NCBI GenBank assembly: GCA_029953675.1
Contig: JAMWBK010000013.1
Location: 496,001-560,000 of the forward strand
DNA length: 64,000 bases
Source: Rhodosorus marinus CCMP1338
Lineage: Eukaryota; Plantae; Rhodophyta
Direction of reading: 5' to 3'
The translations under genes were made by a program, and so were the position numbers. This document shows positions 44,169 through 57,996 of the stretch, piece by piece. Within the stretch, counting starts at the first letter, position 1; every line of letters starts with the position of its first letter. The notes beneath the pieces were generated by a model. The model searched no databases, was not told where the DNA came from, and saw only the letters and a program-made list of their open reading frames with translations.

Positions 44169-44428
44169 CAACACTCATTTTTGCTTGCAATAGCAGCCCG
44201 CTCAACATCAGCAGGCACAATTGAATGCAAGAACAAAGTGCGTTGGGACTGCGGAGCTCGCGATGTCTGCCTTTTTCTGCTTATACGAAAAACTTCTGCG
44301 GGTTGTTTTGCGTTGCTGGGGTTGAGTTAGATTCTTTTTCGCTAGCTTTCAGCAGCAGAGTAGTTCGCAAACAAACCAAGCATAGCAAACAAGTTAAGCA
44401 CAAGTGCTCTCCACTATTTCCATTTCCA

Positions 44429-45549
44429 CTAGCCCTCTAGGAACGGGATTACCGCTTTGATTAGATCGTCTCTATGATTTGAGAACGAATGGTCTGCTCC
44501 CTCCACCACCTTTAGCTTGGATCCAGGCGTTTGCTTCTGGAGCTCTGCGGCCTCGGAAGCAGGTGACACTTCATCTGCAGAGCCATGAACGTGCAGGACG
44601 TTGGCATTTCGGATCTTAAAAGAAGCAGAAAACAATAACGGTAAGCTTCTCTTTTCTCTCAGGCGGGCGCCTTGGGGTGCGGGGGGGAGAGCGTGAGCAG
44701 CGGAGAGTAATCCAAGCTCCTTGTGCTCAAACCCGCATGAAAACAACCTGGAAGTTCCTGATTACCTGCTCTATCTGGCTCATGTCCGTGGTGAGCCTTT
44801 CACGGAGTCCTGCGGAAGTGATCTTGTAGCCGTCCATATCGACATATCCATCTCTTTGTATCTTCTCCAGACCCTCCTTCCCTATTCGTTCGATTACGCC
44901 TGTGGTCAAGCTGCATCTTCCGCTGAGGTTCACGATCCGATCGACATCATCATATTTAGCTCCGTAAAGGAGAACCACATTTCCTCCCTGAAGCAAATGA
45001 GAGGTTCACGTTTGAAACTGAATACTTGAAAGCTGCAGCTGCAATTGCCGGAGAACGACCGTGCTATCTTCTCCAGTAGCTTCAGTAGCCATTCAACTTC
45101 AAGCGCACCTTAGAATGACCAAGGATGCCTTTCGTTCGGTATCCTCGCTCCTGAACCCATTCTACAATACTGCGCAAATCCTCCACCTCCTTTGCATAAT
45201 TTCCATACTGAAACTGGTCGAAACAGATGAGAGGGGAAATCGAATCGAACGTGAGAAACGAGTGGGAACGCTTCGAGACTAGAAGCGGTATTCAAACCTC
45301 GCCGCCGCTGTTTCCGTTCCCCGAGAAATCGAACGCGACAGTAGGCAAGGCCAGACTCTCCGAAATAGCAGTCAATGCTCGGGACCTCCGGGAAGATCGG
45401 AAGCCGTGACAGAGAACGACCGCGTCTGGAAACGGGGGACAAGTAGATGGAGAGACTCCCCGAGTATCAAACACTCCTCTAAGTGTTTCCCCGCCGCCGT
45501 TCAGAACTTCGAAAGCGAACGCGACTGAGACTTCGCTGGACGCCTCCAT
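44429..45549 (-). CDS. Alpha/beta hydrolase (Hydrolase_4/peptidase S9-like), ~4 exons
   Basis: VVLCHGFRS, FDFSGNG, QYGNYAKEVEDL, GHSK|GG nucleophile split by an intron, HGSADE, EGADH. Confidence 0.88.
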
Positions 45550-46259
45550 AAAAAAAAAACCAGTTACTCGCAGCCTCTTAGTATCGTAGAACAATTTGTT
45601 GACGCCGCACCGCCGAAAAATCAGAGCTTTTCGACTAGACACTGAGTCTGGAGACTTCCCAACCAAACGCGAGATCCGACCCTCGTCGCGACTGATGCAC
45701 GTCATCCAACCACGAAAAGACTGACTTTATTGACTGACCTCAAACCCAGGGAGGCGTGCCATGTACGAATCTCAACTAGAAAATCTCCTCAGTGACAACT
45801 TAAAACTCAGCTTTGTTGAAACTTGCAGCGGGGTATCGATAACCTATTATAGGTCAATCCCAGCAGAAAGGATGGTCTCGTGAACGACTGGAGGTTCGGT
45901 GATTCCTGTCGCTAAGACTTCTCCCTCGCCGGATGTCGTTGAGCTGAAACGTCAAACGATTCATTGGTCTGCACTATGAACTCCAACTTCCAAGAATTGA
46001 TAGTTCCACGCGCGGAAAATGCCTTTTCGTTTTGTCTTTGTCACTCTTGATCATCTTCATCGACTGCTCTTACTACACCGGTACCTAGTACTCTCACGTC
46101 CGTTCAGTTTCGCTTCATGGCGATACTCGGAGCTTGATAAAAAGCTGAAAACCGGGGCGAAAAACAAGGCTCAAATGTCAGGAGCCCCCGCACCAGGGTC
46201 GTCAAGTAGACTCGTAAGGGAAAACGTTCTGTGTAGATGGATCACGTGCAATTTCAGTG

Positions 46260-47100
46260 AAAACTATATGGAAATTACCTCCGCAGTGCTTACGATTGAT
46301 TCATTCACGCACCGAACCCGAAGCCTCGCCTTTGAGCGCGAGATGTTATCTGAACATCCACAAGAAAATCCGTCGCTGCCTGCCCAAGCCCTCTAGATGT
46401 CTCCGCATCAAAGAGGGCAAAGTTGACATCATTGTGATCGCGAAGAGCATGTCGGTAATGGGTCCGCTTCCCATGTTCAGTTGGCTACTCGCACAACCCG
46501 AAGATAGCGGTTGGGGACGGGACGTACAAGCCAATATTGTTTCCGGCGCGGTGATGTCGGACCGCGATGCCCGGATGCAGCCGACATCCCAAACAAATTG
46601 CTTGTGTTCCACGCAAACATCGCATAAATGTCGTATGCGGATGTGTCTCACTAGCTCGTCTGGGGGGCAGCTGTGTCTGCGGGTCCGGTTGCCAGTAGTC
46701 GATATGCAATGGAAAAGTCTTTTAATACCCTTCTGGGCGTGCCTGGAAGAGCACATGGAGCAGTCAGAAGTCTTCATCAATCCTGGCATGGGCTAAGAGA
46801 TTAAGCGAATACTGCATCGTAGCTCTGGAGTGGTGAGAGCATGACGACCCTCAGTAGCTAAATCCCGAATCCAGGAGCTTGCACCCAACCCCGCAGATGA
46901 AAGTAAATGCACCCGAAACTCGTCCGAGACATGAAGATTGTCCACAAACGCCTCAAAGGCGTTCTGGTAACACACCTGAGAGAGCAAGTGCTGCAATTGG
47001 CCAGCGAGCTTGAGGTCGGAGGACCCAAGCAGTAAATCCATCCATTCATCCAAGAGTAACGGAACTTTAGTGTCAAACAACAAACTGTGGCCTGATCGCT
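46260..47100 (-). mobile_element. Degenerate CRE-like non-LTR fragment
   Basis: HLLSSAGLGASSWIRD...LTTPELRCSIRL; CSMC...LFHC...GNRTRRH. Confidence 0.7.
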
Positions 47101-47697
47101 TGCCTTTCAGATATGTACGTGTGATGTGAAGTCGTGCTCGTAACCCGCTGTTTGGGTAGGGAAGCCTTCGAAGGCTGTACTTTTGAAGTGCGCGATGCTC
47201 TTTTGGACCTCTCCGCGGTAGAGGACGATAGTCAGTATTGATTCGATGCGAGAACCATCTCAGTATAGATACAAGCTGGCTTCTGAATACCTTTTACACT
47301 TCTTTTTCTGTATATCTCCAAAATTTACCTTGTTTTTAGACTTTTCTTCTCATGTTTTTAGGCCACTCAAGAAAATATGGTAGTCCAGAATTTTAGACAA
47401 ACTAGGGAGGCTCTGCCCAACCCCAAAAACTTGAATAACTTTTACGCTTGTTTTCTCATGTCACATAAATCTCCCACTATTTTTAGTCATTTTTCTCCTC
47501 AAGTTTTAGCGCTTGCGAGATTACAATGCGGAAAGTGGCCATCTGGCACCACCCCAAACTATAGTGGTCCATAATTAAAGAAACTAGCAAGGTTCCCGAT
47601 CGAGCCACATATTTATTCAGTTTGGGGCACTTTCATGCGGCATGCCGCAATGGGACAGGAATATTTCGAAATTCATGAAAATGCCGCATAATAGTGT

Positions 47698-48730
47698 TAG
47701 GGTTGTGTCAAGTGGGTTGGGTTTTTGGCTGTTTGCTAGCCAGAAGCGGGTAAACCCGCGAAAACAGGGGGGTTTAAGGGGGGCTGGGCAATAAGTGGGC
47801 AATTTGATGGGCAATAGGCGCCGATTCCAGTGCGTCCGTTGAACATGTGGTGGGTGGGCAATGAAATTTTAATGAGTATTGCGGGGTTTTAGTGCGAAAA
47901 TGCCTCTGTTTTCAGGGGGTTTGGTTTTCAGAATCACGCTTTCGCGAGCGCAGACCCCCGCAGACCACGAACAACGGTGAGGGAAGCTTGGGGAATTGGA
48001 AAACAGTCCGTTGACAGGATGGGGAAGCAGTTCTGCGGAGGTTGTGAAGCATCTATAGAAGCTTCTACAAAGCCTTAGCACCTCCCCTTCCGCTTACCGT
48101 CCTAAACCTGAGGGTTCCAGGAGTATTTGTATTTCGGACAGGACGGGGGATCCACATGGTATGGATAGAAGAGCTACTTGAGCTCGATCAGCTGAGGGAT
48201 ATCTCTTCTTTTGGGTAGCTGATATCCTAAGATCTTAAAGAAACCGGAAAAAACACTGTGAAGCTCAGCGCCTGTTGCACAGAATACTGGACACGACTAA
48301 CCCGAGCACGAGTTCTCAAGCCTACCACCTCTGGGCCTTCAAGCAGCCGAAACGGTAGGTTTTGTACCGCCGACATCCTCGCGAGCTTAACTTCGAGCTC
48401 TTCTGCTTGCTTCCCTTTCTTAATCGTCGGCGGACAAAAGTCAGTTAAGTCTGCTCCCTCGCGCTTTCCGCTTTTCGAAGTTAGAAAGCTTTAAAGGCCG
48501 GACGCTGGAGTTGCACCGGATCTTCTGCTGCCCGTGGGAGCGTCATCTGCGATCATGTACCGATCGCACTTCTGCAGGTGCTTCTTGAGGCGTTCAACTT
48601 TGTTTCTTACAGGTAAGTCGTAATGCTTGCAGATCAGCTTGCCCTTGACCTCGTCGTACTGCGGGTGTTGCCGCGCTAGCATCCTGAGGTTGCAACGCAG
48701 CGCATATTCCTTTCTCGTCGCCATCTGTAC
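47698..48730 (-). mobile_element. Internally deleted hAT transposon: TAGGGTTG end plus transposase remnant
   Basis: TIR at 47698; BED-finger-like KLICKHYDLPVRNKVERLKKHLQKC; hAT-like ELEVKLARMSAVQNLPFRLLEGPE. Confidence 0.7.
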
Positions 48731-49613
48731 CTTAGTAGCTCTGATAGACTGAGTGAACGGGGCATACATTCTACTCTTTGAACTCGTGCATGCAAGCAGT
48801 AGAACATGTCAACCCATAGCCATCCGTCTGCGTCCCCGTTTGCAAACAATATATCGACTCGCGCCGCTTCAGGTATATTGAAATACGAAAGAAAAATAGA
48901 TTCCATCCGTATGACCAACGTCAAGTCTCAGCCCTGTAAGCACTAAGATTAAGCCACAATCACGCAAGGGCTTCACCAGCGAAATGGGACGAACAACAGC
49001 AGCGGCGACAAGCGAATAACTAGCGCCACGTTCTAGCGTAGATATGCCCATCGGAAAAGGGAGTCTAACATAAACTGCTCATCGACTGCTCAGAGGTTAA
49101 CACTTCTGTAGTACGGCGCATCTCGGGGCTCGCCGTGTTTACCAAGATGCTTTCGCAGGAATTTATGAACCAGGGCCCATTAGAGTTTGCCGTTCAAATT
49201 TTCGTTTACCTCTGCTAGTGAAAGGGGACCATCTCAAGGCTTGCTGGTTGAATCAACAACAAGAACCACATATTCAGAGCCTAAAACCCTGAGGAGAATC
49301 GATGTGTTTATACTAGGGAAAGCTCAGAAAGGTATCGCCTATCTGCACCTTAAATTATAGCTCAGAGAGTTTTGACAGATGACCATTGTCAAGGCCATTA
49401 CGTTGAATGAATGTGTTTATATTTGTGAAAGGTCAGCAATGGATCACATATCTGCATCTCTATCCCACCTCGCACAACACAGGGCACAGGACGATTGCTT
49501 CCACTCGCACTATCAGGATGTCATGGAAAAATTAAGACCTTAGAACTCAACCTCCAGAGCGCTAGTGTGGAACTCAAAGATCTCCTTCATTAGTGTATTG
49601 TAATCTACAATCC

Positions 49614-49711
49614 AACCACATTCCCCTGTCCGCGGCGACTCGACATCGGCTATCCGATGAAACCACATTCCCCTGTCCGCGGCGACTCGACATCGGCTAT
49701 CCGATGAAACC
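49614..49711. repeat. Exact 47-bp tandem duplication
   Basis: aaccacattcccctgtccgcggcgactcgacatcggctatccgatga x2. Confidence 0.95.
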
Positions 49712-51232
49712 CGCTTGATAAACATTTGTTTGTCCGTCTGCCAGTAGCTGACCAATCAGAGAAGGAATATCTTAAGTTTGACCAATTACCATGCAACTAT
49801 TTCGAATGCATTCCATTTCCCAAATACGATGTCCCACCACGTACTGACCAAACTCGACGTCGGGACTATCCTTTCCTCTCTTCCCCCCACATTCGCGTAT
49901 TAAACATGCATCCACCAATTTCATCTTGGTTACTGGCTAGGGGTTATGCCGTATACTGTTTTTCCAGTGTGATCAACAAGGACAAGAGTCCGGACGGGAA
50001 TGCTACCACTATATAGTTTATTTTGATATTCTTGTAGCGTATTTTCGCTTTTCTAATTGGCATCAATATCGAACGTAAATATTCCGGAATAGATGATATT
50101 CGTGCGGGTAGCGTTCGGATATACTGGATTGGTAACGTATTTGGTTGTTGCGAAACACGACATTCCTATCAGATAGCTAAGGTGGGGTGAAGACTTATGC
50201 ACGTGGATGTAGGGCTTATATATTATTCAAATCCGCCCAGACCCTGAAAAACAACGTGTTTGGGCCATGTGAGATGATCGAGTTTCCCGGGCCCACCCCC
50301 CCCCCAGGCCCAGGGCAGCCCCGACCTTTCTTTCATCGTTTTTGGACGCTTCGTACGGTCCTTTTCAGCCGGAGCCGTAGTAGGGGTATAGGAATATACA
50401 AAACATGAACACGGGTTGAATTTCGAAAGCATGGAAAAGGGGGTGGTAGAAAAAAATCCCAGGAAATGTGCCAATCTCAATTCAGCTCCATTGTTTTCGA
50501 ATACTTGAAATTTTTTTCTCATGCGATTCTACATAGAATTTCGTTGCGAAGCTGATATGCCCTTTGAGCTTTTCGAAAATTGTTTGTTTTTTGGTATATT
50601 CCATTTGAGATATTTTCCGAAAGGAGCGGTGGAATCTGGGCAAAAGAGCTGTTCAAGAAAACTACAAGAAAACCACAGGAATAGAGTGAAAAGCATTTCG
50701 CTTTGCCGTTTGGGCGCTGTGCTGGTTTTGCGCTTCTATCAGCAATTGGAAAAAATGGAGATACACTGTATCTTGTCCTGATGAGCCATTCCGGCGTCGG
50801 CAGATGCGCTTGCTGGCAGATGTGTCCATGGAGTGAGAGAATTCAGTCAGGCCAGTTCTATTTGCGGGAGTGATGCCATTTTTACTTTAGACTACTTGAC
50901 AAGCGAGGTGCGGGGCGGGCGGGAGCTGTAGCTGAGAGGAGTGGTTGTTGTGCATAGCCCAGAATTCGTTTGTGGGATTGTTTGACTGCTAACAAGGGAC
51001 TTTTTGTTCTTCTTAGCTGACTAGATAAAAGTGGTGCCGGTGAGGAAAGTCAGGCGCACTCGTGGCGAGCGAAGTGTGCAGTCGAGAATTGTGGTTGTAT
51101 GGGAGTGTGAACGTGAAGAAGAGTTTCCTGGTTGATATAGAAAATTAGCTTTTTTGGATAAAGGCTTTGTCACAAGCAAGTTTTATAGGTATCAGCGGGA
51201 AGAGGTTATAGAACGCATAGAATTTGGCAAAA

Positions 51233-52870
51233 ATGAACGCAGACTGGAACAGAACCGAGGACGGGTACGCCGGCAACAGCATAGTTGGGGATACCAGGGT
51301 ACGGGTGCTCGTTAGTTCATACACGGACTTTGACAAGCTCGCCCACCTCCCGAAGGGCAACGAAGGTCAGGGCATTCGTTGCTTCACTCTCGACTGCGAG
51401 AAGAAGGAACTACATGACGAAGGGCTTGTTTCAACATTCGCAAACCCGAATCCGGCGTTTATGCGCATGGAGAACGATCGCTTGTATGTCGTGAACGAGA
51501 GAATTGATGGAAACGGCGTCGTTTCCGCTTTCAAGGTGTTCCCTAGTGGAGAGCTGAAACTTCTTAAACAGCTCGACGCTGCTGGAAAGTCTACCTGCTA
51601 CGTTCACAAAGACCGCTTGTCGAACTTTTGCCTTATTGTAAACTACTGGGATGCTACTGTGTCAGTTGCAAAGCTCGACAAGGACGGTTCACCTGTCGAG
51701 ATTACCAGTGTACATAGACGACCCGGTTTTGATTATTGTAACCGCCACTGTCCTGATAGAGCTGAGCACTTAGAGCATAGGCAGGGGTGGTCGCACACGC
51801 ATTGCGTAGTCCCCAGTCCAGACGACAAGTTTTTCTTCGTGCCTGATCTAGGCGAGGACAAGATACATCAGTTCGAGCTCAACAGAGACAATGGTGAGCT
51901 GCACCTTGTGGCGAGCATCCAGCTTGAGGCGGGTCACGGCCCAAGGCATTTCATTTTTCACTCCGACGGTAAGCAAACTCCCACAGCATACCACGCCCTT
52001 CTGAATGAGGTTTAGTGTTTTGTGAGTCTTGTCATACTGTTGCCATATACAAGATCTGGGGATCCACTGCGGTCCAGGGGATCATTGTACAGAGGAGCAC
52101 GACAGACTGCGAACCACATTGAAACTTATCAAGTAAGACCTCCAACTAACCTATGGTCTGTCTTTTCTGAAAATTTTGACTGGAATCCGATGATTTGTCG
52201 CGAACCAATTGACGTTATGGGCCATTCCTGTTTGTTCCGTTGCATGATGGTGGTCCTCTTTTGCATGTTTTGATGCAATCTGAACCTGAACAACGACCCG
52301 TGATAATCTGCCATTGTACACTTGTGTTAACCCGTGGCTGGTTTCTCTGTGGTTGTATTTCTGTGCCATTTCCTCGTTCGTTTCGGCCCGCGTCCCGCCC
52401 TTGATTGATTTCCACGCGCAGGGACTGTTGCATATGTTGTGAATGAACTCGATTCAACTGTTGACGTTCTAAAATACGATGCGAACGCCAACAAAAATGA
52501 CTGTGCGTTGTCAGTGGTGGAGACGGTTTCTACCGTTGCGCCGGGACTGAAGCAGAAAAGCCACTGCGCCGAGATTAAGCTGAGACCAGATGGTCGATTC
52601 CTCTATGTCGCAAATCGGTTCTCAGATACGATCGCGATTTTTGCCGTCGACGTGGATGGGGATTACAAGCTGGCACTGGTCGGAATTCAATCATCTCTTG
52701 GGTGCACTCCAAGGCATTTCAGTTTCTACAACGATTTGATGATTGTAGCTAACACTGACAACGACTCTGTGGTCCTGTTCGAGGTGGATCACAGAACTGG
52801 GCTACTTGAGTACACGGGAAAGACCTACAAAGTATGTTCGCCAAACTTTGTAAATGTCATAGCAGCTTGA
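51233..52870 (+). CDS. 6-phosphogluconolactonase / lactonase 7-bladed beta-propeller (Pgl/YbhE family), one intron 51969-52421
   Basis: NPAFM, LYVVNE, ANYW-like VNYWDATV, SHTHCVVPSPD.KFFFVPDLGED, GHGPRHFIFHSDG|TVAYVVNELDSTV, YVANR, PRHF. Confidence 0.9.
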
Positions 52871-53300
52871 AAGGTTTGGCGGACAGTGTTTATGTAGGAG
52901 AGCGTGCAAGTAGCAAAATTATTGTAGATCATCAACAGATTCAATAAAGAGATTGAACAGACGTCCTTTCATGTTTTCAGCAAACAGTTTGTAGGCGAAT
53001 CAGTTTGAATATTCAACTTCCGACGCTCTTCATCCGGCTCATGGTCTACTCCAGTTTTAATCGCGACCATTGAAGATAGTGTCTCAGGCGGGATCTGAAA
53101 CTGGTCCTCAAAACTTTGCCCATGCCCGTCGAAACGTTTGCTCAGCACTAATGCGGCGCACCAACAGTTCTCATGATCAACAGCCATGAAACCAGTTAAT
53201 CCGCGCAAATCAGCGATGCCGATCAGTTCTCAACTCAGAAGAGACAGCTTCCCAGTTCGGCATCAGTGCATCGGCCTTTGCCTAGACGCGCTCAATCGTT

Positions 53301-54819
53301 TCAGCGAAAGGCAAATGCCACAAACGCGCCCAGTCCCGCATGCAGCAATGTCGATACGACAGCTATCAATTGTGCTGGTCTCCGCCAACTTACGGACTAA
53401 AGAGTGCCAATCCGCAACCAAGAAACGAGGGTAAAAAAATATGCCGGACAGCAAAAAAAAGCGAAGTTAGCAAAACTATTCGTCGTGACACGCAGGAGTA
53501 GGCGTATGCAGATTTTCCGCCCCCCGTACATCAGCGAAGTCCAGCTGCCCTTGCTCCATGCCGATCTGCCAAAGTTGTTTGTACAGGAAAAACGCTGATA
53601 TTGTCCAACCCACTATAACAACCACGAGGTTGAACACCCACACTGGTGTAATTGAAATAAACTTTGCCTATCGTGATTGAGTAAAACTGCGATGGTGAGC
53701 TATCTAAGGCAAAAATTCCGAATCGCATCGATAGAAGCGCAGACTTACTATCACTAGCGGCATTAAACTGTATCCATATACGCAAGTCGTGTACACAAGT
53801 TCGCAGCCAATCCCATAGTATCTGCGATATAAGCACAGGTGAGGAAGTCGGTATTAGCAATCGTATTGGGAGCCTCACAGCATGGGTATTTCGCGACAAG
53901 GTCCAACCGTCGAATTGCCCAAACCGCAGTAGACCCTAAGAAAACGTAGCCCATGACTATAACGAACGCTAGAATAAGATCTGATAGGACAGCAGGGAAT
54001 CAAAGAAAACTGGGGCTTAGATATGTGCCAACGTATCGCACAATATCGGACAGATCGACCGATTGGACCTACGATGAAATTGCACAGATGTCGTATCCAC
54101 AGCGCCATTGATGCTCAAGATTCTCTGCTGAATCTCGCTGGTAATCGATATTGAAATCACCATCGTTACTGCTACCCACAATGGGCCGTAGAGGTCTGGC
54201 CCATTCCCTTCGCTGATGAAGTCACCCTGGTCACGATGACGATTTGAAAGATGTAACTCCAGTTCAGTATCACTCGGTACATGCAACCCATCGCCTTTCG
54301 TTTTCTGGCTCCGAGTTTGCAATTGGCGAAAATCTGAATGCAGACAACCTTCCAAGGAAGCAAGGAGCATAGAAGTCTATCCTTAACCAGTCCATACGAT
54401 ACATTGAAGTGCTTAGCATACGAGTTGATTCCCCACCAGGAACCCGTACTCGGAGCCTCTTCATCAGCCACTGGAGCCTGTGAAACGGAATGAAAAGTTG
54501 AACACCACGATGAGTTTTCTTCTCTCTGGAGTTCAGATGTGATCAAGTCAAGACACACCTTGGCAACAGCAGTTGGATTAACTGGCACAGGCTGAAAACC
54601 TTCGTCAACCGAGGCCTGAATGCCAACTTGCCCGGTAGTTACAGGAGCATCATCTTCCTCTTCAACTAGAAACGTAAACTCCGACCCCCGATTCCTACCC
54701 ATTCTTTCCAAAAAAGTCGTCTCAGCTCCAGCTCACATTTCACAGGTTTCCCCAACATCTAGCTGTACCACTTCCTCTGCCTTCTCCTCTTCTTTCTTCG
54801 CAGACTGCCACTCGTTCAT
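53301..54819 (-). CDS. Yip1-domain (YIPF1/2-like) membrane protein, multi-exon
   Basis: YAKHFNVSYGLVKDRLLCSLLP, GPDLYGPLWVAVT, C-terminal TM LHAGLGAFVAFAFR*; exon boundaries partly inferred. Confidence 0.8.
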
Positions 54820-56254
54820 GCCATCAGTTATTCAAGTAAACCAACACGGACTTGCTTATCAGGCGCAGCACTACCAGAACCACATAAAAACACATATTCT
54901 TGAACAAAACCCCTCACCACCAAAAATTAGCCCACAAAGCCATATTAACGACTATATTATAGACCGCCAAAGGGCCAAATAACAACACCGAGAGCCACCT
55001 GCCTGTCTGGGAATTATCACCGCCTTTGTTTTGGAACAATTCCGTAGATCTTGCTTGAACAGACCGGAACGCCGCACATATTTTAGAGACTACTGGTAAG
55101 AACGGAAGACGAAAGAATTCGGCATCCGGCTGGAACGATTATGGAAGCTCTGCTGAAAGGTGGGAAAAGGGCCATCCTATTACTGAATTCCGATCATAGT
55201 TCACAGTGGAACAATTGACAGGCTTGATTAACACAAAGTTCCGGATGGTTTTTTACTAGGTAACCAGCAAACCCCGAGTGGGTATCCTCGCTATAAGGTG
55301 GAAAGTTCCCGATTGGGGTTTCAGCAAGAGCGCAAGGAATGATGTAGAGTTACCACAAAGCTCCTTATTCGAACTGCATTGTCTCGCTGGAATTTTCATT
55401 GTCGACTGTTTGTGAACATCGATCGAATGTTTTTTACCGACGTAAATTGTGACTTCACTGGAAGATGAGATCGGCGCCTCAATCGCCCCAGGCCAGTTCT
55501 GTTCTCGTTCTTCTACGAGCCTCAAACGGCAGGGGGTAGTTGACGTGGGTCGGTAGCGTCACAGTCCACGCCCGCGTGCTAGTCAAAATTAAGATGCCCA
55601 ACAGGACTTTGCGCCATCCCTCAAACGACGAAGTCTTGAGACTTCGTGCGACCTACGCTTCACGGGTCTTCAAGCAGGAAACCCAAGCGTGGAGAAGAAT
55701 GCTTAAACCGAGGATGTGAGAACCATTCTCTGATACTGCTTTCTGCTTCCTTGTGTTTATTTGTCCAATCGCAGAAGCAGTACTGTCCCAACCTTGTCGG
55801 ACCTATTATCATATCCTCGTCCAGCCTTTCTAAGCTTCCTAGATTTGAGGACATCGTCGATAACTCCTGCTGGTATTTTCGCTTCGGATCAGGCGGGTGC
55901 TGGTGTTTGAGGCAAGTTGCAAATGCAGCGCAGGAACGAGGAGGTCAATGGTTCAAAGATCATTGTTGAGAGTATTGATCTGAGCAGCGGAAAGGTTTCA
56001 AGCTGCAGTTTTGCATGTTTCAATTGTCAAGCATGCGGACGTCCGAGTAAGGAATTGGCGAGGTGACCTGATTGAGGCAGCGGAGGACTGTTGTCGTTTG
56101 TCTCTAGTGCAAGAGTCTGCGAGTCTGGAGGTATCCCGTTGACGAAAGCGGTTGGATGGTTTGGAGGTTGTACTTCGTTGCAGTGTGTTTCGACGCTGCT
56201 TAATGGTGGTTTTTTTGGACTCAGGGGGTTTTTGTTGTGAAGGTGTCGCGTGAA

Positions 56255-57996
56255 ATGGAAGGAAATCGAGATGATGCTGAGAAGTGTGCAGCGCTCGCAA
56301 ACAGAGCATTCGCCGATGGTGATATTGAGCGAGCAATAAGATTATCGAAGAAGAGCTTGAGGCTTTTCCCGAACGATGCGGCGGAAAGAATCCTGAAGAA
56401 AGCCAGCGGGGCCAGGTCAGACCTATCAGGACAGGGTCAACGCTCTCCAAGCAACTGGCGCCGGTAGGACAAAGCCACCCATGTCTGTTTTGCTTGAGCA
56501 ATATTTGTCACCGGTCGCTGGGCAATGGGACCTGAAAAATCGTATTATATTTCTTTCTTCTAACCAAAGAAGCACAGCCGCTGGTAGCAACAAGAACAAG
56601 CAGCAGGTGGAGGAAAAGCAGTGTACCCCTGAACAGATGGAGCATGTGCGTAGAGTTTTGAGGGCTAAAACTCTCTACGAGGTTTTGAGCATTGGTAGGT
56701 ATTCCACCACTTCGGAATTCAGCTTTTCTGGCCCCCCGGTGCTGTAAGAATACTTGTGGCATTAGCGAGGGCTGGCTGTCTGCAGACCGCTGCCGCGGTC
56801 ACGCTTCTTTTCGGGAAACGCTGAGAAGTGTGGCTCCGCTCATGTCACACGTACAGAAACAAGAGCTGACGAAAGCGTGATAAAGAAGGCGTACAAAGTC
56901 ACGGCTCTGAAGCTGCATCCAGATAAGAATCCGGCCCCAAAGGCTGATGAAGCGTTTAAGAGGGTATCACATGCATTTCAGGTATGAAAACTTGAAAAGT
57001 TTCTAGCGATGTCGCGATTACGTTGGATTACTGTGTGGCTGAAATACTTCTGGGTTGTCCTTACCTGCACAGGTGCTCTCTGACCCCTCTCGACGAACTC
57101 GGTACGATCAGGTTGGAGAGGAGAGCGAAACTCCAACTTTGACAAGGAGGACACGAAGCCATGGCACGTACTCCCAGGAGCTTTCGCCGGAGGAGATTTT
57201 CGAAATGTTCTTTGGAGGCGGTGTACCAAATCAATTCAATACTAGGGTACGTTGGTCGGCGTCCGCCCATTGCTCGCAGTGGTAAAAAGCTCGCTCACGA
57301 AGAGGCTTCCCATCGACTTCTGTGTTTTCAGGCCGGGTTTTATCGGCATGAGGCACGCCCGCGAGCTCGACCTACCCATGCGCAAGCTGCTAGTGCTTCG
57401 AGGTCAAGCTTCTTCGCACTCTTGCCAGTGCTTGTAATTATGTTTGCGATGCTGGTCATGAACATAACCTCGGATATGACAGAGACTGAGTTCTCGCTTA
57501 AAAGGTGTGAAGAGATTTCCCCGGGGTCTCGAAATGGGATGGTAAGGCTGCCTGGGAGCGCAGAATTTTCTGACTAGTGTTCACTTCTTTCGCATATTGG
57601 AAGATACAACCAGTTCAAAATTGAAAGGAGAACTCTCAAGGGTGGGATAAGCTATTTCGTGAAATCTGGATTTGATAGGAAATACAGCGGACAAGACTTG
57701 CGCCGCGTTGAGGCGCGTGTGGTAACGGCTTATGTCAACCAGGTCAGTAGCATGTGCCAGGGCGAGCAATTACAGGTGCGAATGCGAGGGATTCCCTCTC
57801 TAAGCAATCATTGTGCGTAGGGCTAACACGCTAATTGTTCCGGCCCGACCTGCAGAAGCAGCGGCTGATTGACGCTTCGAACAGCATTCTTACATCGCGA
57901 ACCGATCGAGCAAAGTACCGTGCCAAGGCTGACACCCTTCTACAAAAGAACTGCCTGGAGTTTAAACGACTGCAAACAATCGGGGTTGTACACTAG
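56255..57996 (+). CDS. DNAJB12/14-like ER J-protein (J-domain plus DUF1977), multi-exon
   Basis: [11 protein letters not shown]...[14 protein letters not shown]; [53 protein letters not shown] segment, SYFVKSGF. Confidence 0.9.

Noticed and set aside
49090-49900. Gypsy integrase remnant (AHLGARRVYQD)
   Set aside because: A single weak motif with no continuous frame
55256-55860. Minus-strand open frames between the Yip1 and DnaJ genes
   Set aside because: No start codon, splice model or recognisable domain
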